DNA of 64,000 bases from Geosiphon pyriformis uo1 (Eukaryota; Fungi; Glomeromycota): the NCBI GenBank assembly GCA_016748015.1, contig JAAOMT010000183.1:1-64000 (forward strand), in the 5' to 3' direction. Shown in pieces: positions 37,079 to 49,599 of this stretch (position 1 is its first letter; each line of letters opens with the position of its first letter). The translations under genes were made by a program, and so were the position numbers. Under the pieces are notes generated by a model that saw only the letters and a program-made list of their open reading frames with translations, was not told where the DNA came from and did no database searches.

Positions 37079-38407
37079 CAGGGGGGTATAAAAAGTATTA
37101 GACACTTAATATAATATATAAAAAAGGCTATATATTATAATACCATTACCAATTTAAACCATAATTTTTTTTATAATTACTTATAGTTATAATCTACAAA
37201 TCAACATAAATCGCGTCCTTGTAAAACACAACAGTGGATCATACACGTATATATAAAATATCAAACATTCTTATCATGAAAAAATTTACCACATCAAATG
37301 TGTCTTGAAAAAGAACTTTCTGAATACCAAAAAGGAGAGATTATTTCAGTAAAAAAGTTAGGACTTACAAACAGTGAGATTTTCATAACTATTGGATGTT
37401 CACGTTCTTCTGTAATACATGTATAGAAGTCATATGAGCTAAAAAAACGAACGGGCCGACCACAAATTCTTGACAAAAGTGCACGTGAACAACTCAAATA
37501 TTCAATAATGGAGAATAAAAATAAAGAAACCCACCGCCAAACTCTTTTTCAAATATAACAAATCTATTTCTATACAAACTATTTGAAATAGATTAGCTCA
37601 AGAAGGACTTTGCTCATGTATTCCTCATCTCAAGCCATTAATTTCCAAATCAAATAAAAAAAAACATTTATAATAGGCTCGTACTTATAAAAATTGGACA
37701 GTAGAAGATTTTAGATGAGTTGTTTGGTCAGATGAATCTACATATACACAATTTAGAACTACAGGATTTGGATGTGTATGGCGTAAACTTTCCGAAGAGT
37801 TTCATAAGGATTGTATTACAGCCACAGTTAGAAAAAGCTTTGGTTGCATGTTTTGGGGATGTTTTTCATGGGTTGGTTTGGGTCCTTTAGTTCCTTTGGT
37901 TGGTTATATTACTGGAGTTATATACTATGAAACCTTGGCTAATTATACAATTCTTACAGTAAAACTTCATGCAAAAAAAAACTAAAAAAAAGTTTTTTTT
38001 TCAGGAAGACAATGCACCAATTCACACATTAAAAGTTGTGTGTTCTTTTCTTGCCTCTTCAAATGTTGAATTACTTCCTTGGCCAGCACAAAGTCCTGAT
38101 ATTACTTCAATAGAAAATCTTTGGTCATATATTGAAGTTAAAATTCGTCAACATAATTCACAACTCTCAAATATTGTACAATTGGAACAATGGGTTAAGA
38201 AAGAATGGGATGTAATACTTGATGAAATTACTATCGTAATTTCATCAAGTCTATGCCACGTTAAGTTCAAGCTATTTTTGAAGCAAATGGGGGTCAAACA
38301 AAATACTAACATGTATTTTAATATAATAATAAAAAATTAACGATTTATAAGTTAGTTCTTTTATATAACATATTATAAAAGTGTCTAATATTTTTTATAC
38401 CCCTCTG
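37079..38407 (+). mobile_element. Tc1/mariner (DD34E) DNA transposon, complete ends, inactivated transposase
   Basis: 29-bp TIRs CAGGGGGGTATAAAAAGTATTAGACACTT and CAGAGGGGTATAAAAAATATTAGACACTT (2 mismatches), with TA on both flanks. Transposase motifs KELSEYQKGEII, GRP, VVWSDES, FQEDNAPIH..WPAQSPDITSIENLW (34 residues between D and E), with stops and frameshifts. Confidence 0.95.
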
Positions 38408-39804
38408 TAACTCAGACTTTTGAAAAAAATTTAATTCTAAATTAAGATTAAATATTTTTATTATGTTTGATTTTTATAAAACAATATTTATTTTTTAAAT
38501 TTATTGTTAAAAACTTACATTTAATTTGTTTGTTTATTTTTAATTGCATTAATATTATTTTATTATATTTATCTATTTAAATTAAATAAAGTTGTAACAA
38601 AGATTTTTTAATAATTATATTTACATTATAAGTTTTAAACATATTATTTGATATATATTATAAAATATTAAAATATTTTGGTTACAAACCAAATATATTT
38701 TTATTTACTTGTTTTGTTATTTTGTTTATCTTTTATTTTATATTAAAATTTTTTTAAAGCAATTTACAAAAATTTTTTAATCAGTATTTATTATAAAATC
38801 TAATTTGGTGGCTTTCAATTTTGAAATACAAATGGTTAACCAAATTGGTTATTTGTTAAGAAGTTATATTTTTTTATTAATATATACTTAAATGTAAATA
38901 TTATTGCTTCAATGTAAATAATATAATATTTTTGTTTAAAGTTTTAAAATAAGTTATAGTTTTACTTAACATGTAATCTAAATTCGAATTTTAACCAATA
39001 TATTACAATTTTATTAGAATTGTGTATTCTGGTCGCTTAAACAATATTGTAATTATTCGTATTTTTAATATCAAAGTAACTAATTGTTAATATAACAAAA
39101 TGTATTTTGCACTTTTAAACTAATTAAAAATTGTGCCAACAAAGTTTTTTAGCTACTAAAAAATTTCAATAAAATCAAATCCATTCAATTTTGTTTCATT
39201 AATTTTAATTTCATATTCTTTATTTTAATTACTATTTTTTTTTATTTTAATAGTATAAAATTGATAAATATTTTAAAAAATTTCTTCAATTTAAAACAAA
39301 TAAACTTTGTTAAACTAATAATTTATTAACAGCAAACAATGATAATAAAGTAAAAGATATTTTTCTGAAAATTCAAAAGCAGCAAAGATTATTAAATTAA
39401 TTTGAAAAAAAAATTAGATATAAAAATTAAATCATAATATAGTTTAGCTTTACTATTTTTTTTTGTTAGAAAAAAGATTAGATAAATCTTTAATTCAACT
39501 TATAACAAATGTACATAATAATGAAACAAAACTTAATATAGCCAAAATCATTCCAGTTTATATTAATAAACTCAAAAAATATATTATCATTATAATTAAT
39601 AAATGGTTTAAAAAAGCTAAAACCTTGTTTAATTATAAGCTATATAAACTGGTTTTTAATTTTTATGTTAAAACTGTAAAATTTATTAATTTTGTTTATG
39701 TAATTTTTGTTATTTTGTCCATTTAATATGGTTTTGATTAACTTAAATAACTGGTTATATGTAAAAAATATGTAAATTGTGTTAAATAATAGCTGAACCA
39801 TATT

Positions 39805-39805
<1 letters not shown>

Positions 39806-39863
<58 letters not shown>
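39806..39863. repeat. (ATA)n microsatellite
   Basis: Perfect tandem trinucleotide repeat inside an AT-rich tract. Confidence 0.95.
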
Positions 39864-39865
<2 letters not shown>

Positions 39866-40866
39866 CATATTTAATAATTTAATAATTTTGTAAAATTTAC
39901 AAGTTTTTAAAATTAAATCTTGTAAAACAACTATTTTTAAAAATAATACATATTTAATTATTTTATAAGTATAATAAATATAAAAATTTTGTTTTTAATA
40001 TTTAATTTAGATTAGATTAATTAATTTAAATAATTGATTATAACAATTTAATTATATTAAATTAGTATTTTAAATAAATAAATAAATATAAAATAAAACA
40101 CATTAAAAAATAATAAAAAATTAACGAAATTCAAATTTTAAGAAAAAATCAAATTAACATCATTTTATTTAAATAATGTAAAATTAAATAAAATAAAATT
40201 TTCAATTTTTTATTAATTTATAATTAATTATTGTAATCTTAAGTTTAAATATAATTGTTAAATTTATTTATTTCAACAAAAACAAATTTTAATAATAATG
40301 GCTTTATTATTTAATGTTATAAATACAAATTAAAAATAAATAAATAAATAAATAAATCAACATTATGATTTGTAAAAATATAAAATAAATTTTTTATTTT
40401 AATAATGTTAATTATTTTTAATTTCGAATAACAATTTTTTAATTGAAATATTTGCAATTAAATTAAAATTAAAAGGATTAAATTTAAATAATACAAAATT
40501 CGCTGACCATTGATTTATTATGTCATAAAAATTGCAATATATTGAATTGTGCTTATAATTATAAAATTAAAAAAATGCAAATCAAAGCATTCCGTTTGCT
40601 TGTTAAATTATTGGCATGTCGAATTTCTTATTTGCCTCATTATATTAGCCGAAAATTATATTTTATTATAAATTAATGAAATTCATAAGCCTCTTACTAA
40701 ACTATAGCCTGAAAATGAAAGAGAAATTGAGGACATTTCGCATAGATCCAAAGTGGAAGATTTAACAATTTCTTTCAGAATAAAAAAATTATGAGATTCT
40801 TGGATTGAAGCAAACTTTTTTTATAAATGGAATATCCTGATTTCAGCCGGTATTTTAAGGTCTTTT

Positions 40867-41730
40867 TCATGTTTTAGCCTTGGGAGCTACCGCTGAACCA
40901 TTGGGCTGTAATTCTTTGCGCATCGCAAAAGCGTCTTCACCATCAGCATAATATTTTTCTTCAATCTCGTGTATCCTGAAATTTTGCCAAAAAAATAAAT
41001 ACTACTTTTCAGAAATTTATCAAAAAGTTTCATTCTAATTACTTGAATTTCAAAGTTTCCTGATAGAGATGTAGAGCTGCACGATTACTTCTACGAACAT
41101 GTAAAGAAACGTATTTTGCATTGAATACTTCGAGCATTGCTTTCTCTAAAAGAGAATAGGTTAAATTAATAAATTTTATTCCCGAATACAGATATAAATA
41201 GAAAGGTTTAGTGAGTGAACTTACGAGATTGAGTCATTAGTTTCTCGGCGATGCCCAATCTTCGATATGTTCGCATTACAGAAAGTGAAGTGATATGTCC
41301 ATGGGGAGGCACATCAGTATCCTCTTCCCTATTGTCCGGAAATATCAAATGCAACTTGATGAGATTATTAAAGAAATCAATTGAGACTAAATATTTGAAA
41401 TTTTCGCTACATTTTTGCAAGGACATAACCCACAATTCTTCCTTTGTGATCCTCAGCGACATATGAGAGTTGTGGCCAGGATAATGCATGATAAAAATCT
41501 ATATTTTTTTAAAAAATTCATTAGGTTAGCAAATATCATTTGGGAGTACCTTGGGAAAGTTCTAAACACTCACAATATTTCATTTGGTAGTTTTCCGGGA
41601 GATTCATTAAATTACAGTTTTGCATCGCGAGTAAATCGTCAACCTGTTCAGTCAAGCAAAAGGGATTAATTTATAAAACAAAAATTAGCGCCTTTGTGTT
41701 TAGACTTACGGTTGCTTGTCTAATATTCAT
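40867..41730 (-). CDS. ARD1: N-terminal acetyltransferase A catalytic subunit (NAA10)
   Basis: MNIRQAT|[90 protein letters not shown]. Confidence 0.97.
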
Positions 41731-41909
41731 ATTGAGTCTTTGGATCTAAGGAATGCTAGTTACTTTCTTGATAAATTTTCCAAGGTTCCTCCTTATTGGT
41801 CAATAACTCGGGTTCGGCGACAATGATTATTCTGAGGATGACATCACAACAGATCTTTTAATACGCGTCAGAGAGGCTTTCCATTCTTCACCCGATTTCA
41901 ACCATAAAA
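41731..41909. promoter_or_regulatory. Short divergent intergenic region (probable bidirectional promoter) between ARD1 and NUP133
   Basis: 179 bp between head-to-head ATGs; retains CpGs and carries one ACGCGT near 41863. Confidence 0.5.
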
Positions 41910-44900
41910 ATGTTCACAGGAGCAAAGGGTACAAAGGAAAAGAGCAGTGAACCAACTCTCCACCACAATCCTTTTGTGCGTGGGGTATCTCAGCCTTCGA
42001 TAAACGACAAGAGTAGACCAGCCTCAACACGAGTGCCTTCCGTTATATTCGGGGCAGAGTCCTTAGTGCAAAGATCAGAAAGTTTTACGGGACACCCTTC
42101 GATTCTCACATCCCTTATTAGCGAACACAATCAACTTAAGGAGGGTATTTCTTCAACTTCTTCAACTTACGACCTGGAAGAGGACTTTCAAAATGAGCCA
42201 CCAACACCTTCACCTGCCCCGGTTCTCAGTCTCGGTCACCGTAATGTTTATCAGTGGTCAGATTTTGAAGCCCCAGGAATAAGCTCTGGAGTATATTTAA
42301 AATATGAAAAACATTTAGTAGAACACCTTTCCCTGCTTCCCAGAGAAGTGGAAGAGTTGCTACGTAACTTAGTCGGTATGTAAGCTTTTTGATTTTTCAT
42401 GAAAAATATATAGTTTTAATTTCTCTCGCTCTTATTTTAGATCTCAAAGCCTGCTATAGCATTTTGGATTGGAGTTCAAATTTGGCTGTGGTGGTGACTC
42501 GGACTAGGTGTTATGTGTGGAATTATAAGAATGATAGGGAAAAGGTTTGTGTCAGTCTCTGCTCCTATCTTTTTCATGAATTGTTAATATAATGACAAAT
42601 TTTCGGGTTATAGCAATATTTAAGACGTCCAGCCAAAATTGTTACTTTATCTTTACCGATTGATATAGAGGACAATTTAAGCCAAGCCAGTCAACAATTT
42701 TTACCACTTGTATGTATAGTTCCCCCCGCCAAAAATTCTTCAATGGCAGGCTTGTTGGCATGCTCGCCTAAGGGTGAAGTTCGCTATTGGTCAAACATAA
42801 TTGATTTATCAGAGGACCTGACATGTTATAAAAGTATCAAGCTACCGTTATTCAATGAAGATTTTGGTGTTCACTTGGCATGTCATGAGGTACCTATTTC
42901 AAAATTCTCGCCATAAAATGATATTTATGTTTTTTAAAATTTACCTTTTATTTGACATAGACGAAAGATCCTGATACACCATGTGTAATTATACTCGGAA
43001 CAGTCCAGGGTGCATTGTTTCGAATTAATGTTAGTCGTTCAAAGGGTGCACCCACCTTTTCGGGACTAACGAGACCTGCCAGATCTATTTTTTGGAATGG
43101 GTTTGATTACAATCCAAGCACCATTGTCGCTACAGCTTTAGGCAATAAATTAGATAACAACTATTTTGGGTAGGTTTTTGAATTAGATACCACTTGCAGT
43201 TTTCCAGAACATTTCTCGCAAACAAACTTTAAAACTTTCATTACAGAGATCTGTATGTATTGACCAAGACGTCTTTAGAAAAATGGGCACTGGCTGATAA
43301 TAAACATCCCCAAAAGGTGATCTTTCCGCTCTAGAATTTTGTATTTTTCTATGCAAACTCTCATCCTAAGTGGTGGGAATGATCAATCTTAAGTATATAT
43401 TAGGCCAAGATATAACTGGAATGATTCTCCAAGAGTTGCAAGCTCACGATCCAAATTTTAATGAGATAAATGGCTTTTCGAAATTGGGCTTACTAGATAT
43501 AGAGATATCAAGGTATTGTGTAATAGGCAAATCAATTAGTCCATTAATATAATTAATATAACTCTTTTTTTAAGATTGAATTCTTTTAAAATCAAGAACT
43601 GGGGAAGTGATTATTTTAGTTGGGTATGCAAACGATTCTGTACCCTTAACTCTCTCTCAACCAGTAAAATTATGGTACTACTTGGTACACATATATACGG
43701 GGCTCAATGAGACATCAGATCCAAGATTTAATATCAATAAGATACACACTTTGAAGTTCACACAAGTAGGGCTTTTTCTATTATTATGGGTGACAGTATA
43801 TAGATTTTAAATTATATTCTATGACTTTATTTTTAGAAATTACCCCTTAGCCCGAACGCTCATATAATAATGCCACAAGGGGGGTCTGCGATTTTTGTGG
43901 TTTTTCCAGAGGCGGTCATTTTCACGACTGTAACAGGCAAGTCATAACTCTAATTCCAATAATGCTTCGATTAATGATAAGAGGTTGTTGACAAAATTGA
44001 CAAATAGCTACCCAATATGATGAAGCAATGACCTTACGTGATACTAAACGTGACAAGATCATTGGATTTGGTGCCCAAGAATCGAAAACCTGGCATTTGG
44101 GTGAGCCTTGTAGAATTAGCAAATTGCATATAATTACGACAAAAACTGGTATAATGTCTTGTGAATTCAAGATTGGGGAAATCACAGATTCGGGTGAAGC
44201 AACCCCGTAGGTATTTTTATCTAAGCATTGTCCGAGATTCAAGCCCAATTCTTCGCTAACTTGTCTTTTCAGTTATGAGGAAGACGAACAAGAATCAAAG
44301 GTTTATTTATGTTCCATCATAAAAACTTGATTTGGAAAATTATTATATTGATCAATAAATTTTGTTCCCATTTACCCTTCTAGGCGAGAAACACCCGTGA
44401 ATTGAAGCTTAAAATCAATCAATGTTTGACATATACACTTCGTGAAAATGTAAATAACCACTATCAAATTCTCTAGAGTGTTTGCTCAAATTATTCTTTG
44501 CTCGGTTTTTTCTCAAAATGTTCATTTTGTAGAATCCTCTTGTTGTCTATCTTACCCCTGACATTCGCGGTGATTTGGACGAGGCCGTCATTGATATAAG
44601 TGAAGAAATTTTAGAATCACGTAAATTGAAGCTTCCTCGTTCACATCTGATCTTGACTATGTCTTTTGTCATCTAATACTTTTTGGAACTCTCAATTTAG
44701 GCTCGCGATATCTTGAGGATTCAATAGATATGAGAGTTCAGCTTCAAAACCGGCTTGAACGATTAAATCGAATTGTAGAATTCATCCAAGCAAGTGGACT
44801 CCTTGATAAAGTAAAGATAAAATAGCATTTTTACTATCATCCAATATCGATTCCTTCTTAATTTTCCCTATGACGTTTTTCATTAGATCAGCCCTGCTAC

Positions 44901-47853
44901 TCGGCTATTCTTGTTTTGGAATGCCGAAAAATTAGCTTGCGCAAAACAACAATGGGGATTGCTAAATAATAATTACGCGTTTGTAATCACACCAACTTTT
45001 ATTGTATTTTTTCAGCATTTCTGGCTCATATTTTTTCCATTTTTAGCTCACGAAGTTCACAAGCGGACAACTCGCAGATGAACTTGTTGCATGAGGCTGT
45101 AATTAATTATTTTCAACGGCACAAAATTCCGATCCCGCCTAATGAAGACATTATTAGAGAATTTTACCGCCGTCATGTATGAAACTTGTCAATGCTTTTT
45201 CGAATAATCTTCTCATTCTTAAATCTGAGTTAATTTTACTTTTAAGGTTAAAGATATTGGTGAAATTTTCTCGTGTCTGCAAAATCTTGTAGAAAAATCA
45301 TCAAGCGATGCGAATCAGATTTCGTTATTTCTCGAGGCAAATGAAATTGCTCTGGTAACATTTTGACGTTAAATCTTCTCATTCATTAACTTGTATTAAT
45401 TAATTTATTTTTATTTTTATTATAGACTGGCATCAAAGCGACGTTTGCTTATCGCAAGGAATTTGGAAAATCATACAACCTAATGATAAACGATCCTAAT
45501 GATTCTTGGACATGTATTTTATCCCTCCTCCCGGGATTTCAATCTTGTTTGATTCCAATTCTTGAATTTGTCTCAGCTTCCGGTTAATTTGATTATGCAT
45601 ACTGTCCAATAGTTCAGGAGGAAGTTGTTCAAGTTTTTGAATATCTTTTTCACCATACAATCCTCTTAATTCGAAATTCACTATCGATGTTGGGTCAACA
45701 AATTCATTCGACATTTGATGGGGAGAAGGATTCAGCGATTAATCTTGAACAGGTTAATTCTCTGAAAGAGCAAGTTGTCGATTTAGCTGAAGTATTATTT
45801 GGATTGACTGCTGAAAGGCTAAAATGGTGAATATCTCTTTACTCGTTAAGATATTGATTAATAAGGCTAATTGATATTCGGTATAATTCATCAGGGATCT
45901 TGATAAAACATTAACTAATGCGCAACAGTATCGCCAAAAATGGGGAGCCATTCTGATTTCGCTTGGTAATGGGTTTTATGTTACTTTTACTGCATCATTC
46001 TGTGGAGTTTGACTTAAAGTCTTCTATATTTTTTATACTGAACCTTAGCTGAAATCGGCAAAAGGTCAGCAGCTCTTCAAATTGCTGAAAGTTACGAAGA
46101 TTTCGGATCCCTTGCTCAATTAAGTGTTGAAGCGGAAAAGAATACTGAAGGATATGTTAGAAAATATATAAATAAGTTTGGAGAAAGATTTGCATATGTT
46201 CTATATGACTATTATCTTGAAAAAGGTGCGTTTGTTAATGACTATCATTATACTGATCTTCCAGCGAAGGATAACAACTTCCTGTGACTTAAACATCATA
46301 TCAATCAATACTGTTAGACAAGCTTAAAGCCTTGTTGTATGACAGGCATGCTATCGAGCACAAAGAAATTTTAGCGAAATATTTAAGCCAAAAAAATCTC
46401 CCGCGATTATCATGGGCCCACAACATCTACATGCACCAATACTTGATTGCTGCTAATGACCTCTTTATAGCAGCTGAAAAAGAGATAGCCCTTGAAAAAA
46501 GAAAGGTGAGATTGAGTAAGGGATTGGGTGTTAACCATTTTGCTATTGCTAAGATAATTTGGTCGATAATATAGACGATATTGAGCATTGGAAAGTTGTC
46601 GATGATAGCTGCAGAAGAGCTCCAGCAGGTCTCTCTACCGAACTCTGACAGTTCAATCAACAGTAAGCCCATGTTTCCATTCTATTCAATTTCTCAGACT
46701 ATGTATTTTTACTTGATATTTTGCGATTAGTTTTCGACAAGCGTATCGACTATGTGACAGCTCATCAAGATATGCTTGAAAAATTCCGACAATCAATCAC
46801 TAATGCCGGTACATTTGGGCTTGATTTGAAGACTCAAGCCAAAAGCGTTATGCAAACATTCGCTGGAAACCTGGACCAAAGAGCCCCCACTTTCGCCAAG
46901 GTTCTTTATTAATGCCTGTAATTCATTTGCAAGTTTTCCGAAATTAGGTCTTTAAATTTTCAATAGATTGTTCACATGGGCTCATATTTTTGGAAACTAG
47001 CTATATACCTCACTGGCTGAACACCTTCTGGAGGCGAAACTTCTTCTCTCGCCAGAAGGACTGGTTGATTTGCTTACACTTAGTGACGTTGTACAAAATG
47101 ATCAATTCGCACTCGCTGCAGAGATAGTTGCTGATGAAAAAACGGTAACCACTATTTTACAGGCTAGTATATGAGAATCTTTAATTCGAATTTTGTATCT
47201 TTTAGTATGAACGCCGGGGATCGTCTGACAGTAGGCTATTTGTCACGTTAGGGACTGTTTGGCGCAGAATTTTTTTACATGACAGGTATTCCTTTGAGAA
47301 TTCTCATACTTTTACCGAATTTATTCTAATGTCGCAAAACATTCGATTTAGATGGGACAAAATATTGCAAACAAGCAATATGCCGGATGAATATATAAAC
47401 GAATCTCTTAAAAACACAGCACTTTATCAAACGTTGTCCTTGATGAAGAAGAGGGTTGACCTAGGTAAGCTAGTGTTTTACCTTTAAATTTGAATTTTTT
47501 GTAACAAAACCAGTTTTACTAATTGGCTATTAACTACAGAACTAAAAGATTTCTTTTGTCCGCCTGGGGAAGCCTTTTTTCCTTGTTCAGTTCAGGATTT
47601 AAAGGATCGATTTTCAACTTTGAACGATGACGATCTGGCTGGCCTAATAAAAGATTATAGTGAAGAAAATAATGCACTGACGACGTATTTGAAAAAAACC
47701 CAGTTGATCAACTATGTTAATGAGGTTCTTCGATCATTAAACCTTGTTGACGAAATCTCGAATTTGATTGTAGAGGAAGAGGACGTAGTTACTCCGAGTG
47801 CAGAGAGTAGTCCAGAAGATTCTCTGATGGAGGGAGATGTTGAGGATTTATGA
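41910..47853 (+). CDS. NUP133: Nucleoporin Nup133 (many introns)
   Basis: Disordered N-terminus; propeller segments (CYVWNY, GLLACSPKGEVRYWSNI); helical-domain motifs LDEAVIDISEEILES, LFLFWNAEKL, LQIAESYEDFGSLAQL, YINKFGERFAYVLYDYY, LSWAHNI, LSIGKL, VWRRIFLHD. Confidence 0.85.
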
Positions 47854-47977
47854 GAGCCAGCAAGACTAAGAGCAATTAGGTCTTTTTTAATACTCCTTAA
47901 TGTACGTAATAAATTCGCATAAAGGAAATATCAAGTGGACAATAAAGACAAAAATTCAGTTTCATGTATGGCTGATT

Positions 47978-49549
47978 TTATCGCCAGGTTTTTTTACTTA
48001 ATTCAAATTTATCTATAATAGCTCCATGAAGGTCGTGTGCAAACCATTTAATCTTCTCTTCCCATATTTCAATGTTGACATAATGAAAGGTTTTCTGAAC
48101 AATGAAAAAAATGTGCCAGTCTTCAACTCTTTTATAATCCAATTCCCCACCTGCACCACCTATAATAGTGTATACTACTCCATCCGAGCGGCCTCGCTGA
48201 TAATTATGTTGATGACCGCTAATGACAAGGTCAACTTTAAACTTTCGGAAAATTGGGACAAAACGTGTTCTTACAAATTCACCCCAATGTTTTTCACCTT
48301 TGTCATTCCAAGCATCTGGATCCCAGAATTCCACGAAAGGAGGTATATGCACAACCACAATACGAAAAGCAGCATTTTGTGAATCCGGGCTTTGGAGTTC
48401 AGCGACTAACCATTGATCCTGTGCTACGTCATCAATATTACTATCGAGGACGATCCAACGCGTATTTGCTATTGAAAACGCGTGCCATAATGAGTCACTC
48501 GTATAAGTATACTCAAGTCTCGGATCGAAATCATGGTTACCACGGGCATAGATTATGGGAACCTCTTGTCCTAGATGATAGCGGGTCAGTGGATCATAGA
48601 AATCAGTTTGCCATTGCTGTAATTGGTCATAATCTTGCACCGCATCTCCAGCATGCAAAAGAAAGTTTGGAGGTGAATGACGTCCCACCGCAGAATCTAA
48701 GATTTTATTGAAGACCTTCAGGCCAAATTGATTATCTGCAATCGCTAGAATTTTGATTGGATAATCGGCCGAAAATTCGGGTGTTGAAGATATTGAATTG
48801 GGATGGTCTGTGTGATTATCCTCTCGATAGGATTGACGTTGATTAGAGTAGAATGTGGCAGGTAGGAATAATCTAAATTTATAGAGAGCGAGAACACTTT
48901 CTTTTTCTCTATTTGAAGTGTGGGTGATAACATAAACATAAGGTGCGGACACGGAAATCGGGCCGATGATTGCTTTATAGACGTGGTGAGAGGTATCAAG
49001 TATTACAGGTGTCAACACCTCGGATGTGCCACCGCTAACAACTTGATCATTATCCCCACCATTTATACTATTATTATTACTTTGATTTCCATCAAGATAC
49101 CATCGAATCTTTACTTCTTTTAATACACAATTAGATTCCCAGATAGCTAACGCATGGTGGGTCCCTACTACGAACAAGACTGGTTGTTTCCTCAAGGAAC
49201 ACGAAATATAGCCTTCATTAAATAGGTAATTTCGGATTTTGAATTGTGCCAATGTACTATATGGTTGTATGAGGGGCCAAGCAAAAAATAATAACCCGAA
49301 CCCTAAAGTGCCAAATAAGAGAGCTAACCCTATTATTCGCTTCATAATTCGACAACCTTGAACAAGTGTACGACGACATAAGTGAACTAGTTGTCGAGAG
49401 AGCGGTTTTGTGGATTGTGCGGAGAGAAGTGGATCAGGCGTAATGAGTAATTCATTTGGAGGAATATCGAGAGAATGATGCGCATTCGGGTAATGTGAGG
49501 TTTTAACCTTGGGTGAGAGAGGTGTTATGGTATTATCGAACTGAGACAT
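47978..49549 (-). CDS. Membrane-anchored calcineurin-like metallophosphoesterase (purple-acid-phosphatase-like), intronless
   Basis: 523-aa ORF with TM IIGLALLFGTLGFGLLFFAW and metal motifs IADNQ, HAGDAVQ, RGNHD, VHIPP, SGHQHNYQR and GGAGG. Confidence 0.9.
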   Translation of the reverse strand: MSQFDNTITPLSPKVKTSHYPNAHHSLDIPPNELLITPDPLLSAQSTKPLSRQLVHLCRRTLVQGCRIMKRIIGLALLFGTLGFGLLFFAWPLIQPYSTLAQFKIRNYLFNEGYISCSLRKQPVLFVVGTHHALAIWESNCVLKEVKIRWYLDGNQSNNNSINGGDNDQVVSGGTSEVLTPVILDTSHHVYKAIIGPISVSAPYVYVITHTSNREKESVLALYKFRLFLPATFYSNQRQSYREDNHTDHPNSISSTPEFSADYPIKILAIADNQFGLKVFNKILDSAVGRHSPPNFLLHAGDAVQDYDQLQQWQTDFYDPLTRYHLGQEVPIIYARGNHDFDPRLEYTYTSDSLWHAFSIANTRWIVLDSNIDDVAQDQWLVAELQSPDSQNAAFRIVVVHIPPFVEFWDPDAWNDKGEKHWGEFVRTRFVPIFRKFKVDLVISGHQHNYQRGRSDGVVYTIIGGAGGELDYKRVEDWHIFFIVQKTFHYVNIEIWEEKIKWFAHDLHGAIIDKFELSKKTWR

Positions 49550-49599
49550 GTTTTCCTAACATTGTGATTCATGAACACAAATGAATTATAATTTATATA

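Noticed and set aside
47286-47351. NUP133 intron starting GTATTCCTTT as a minor (U12) intron
   Set aside because: Does not match GTATCCTT exactly and lacks a clear TCCTTAAC branch site.
48026-49123. Several + strand ORFs, and similar antisense ORFs over other genes and LINEs
   Set aside because: Antisense or alternate-frame shadows of well-supported coding sequence.
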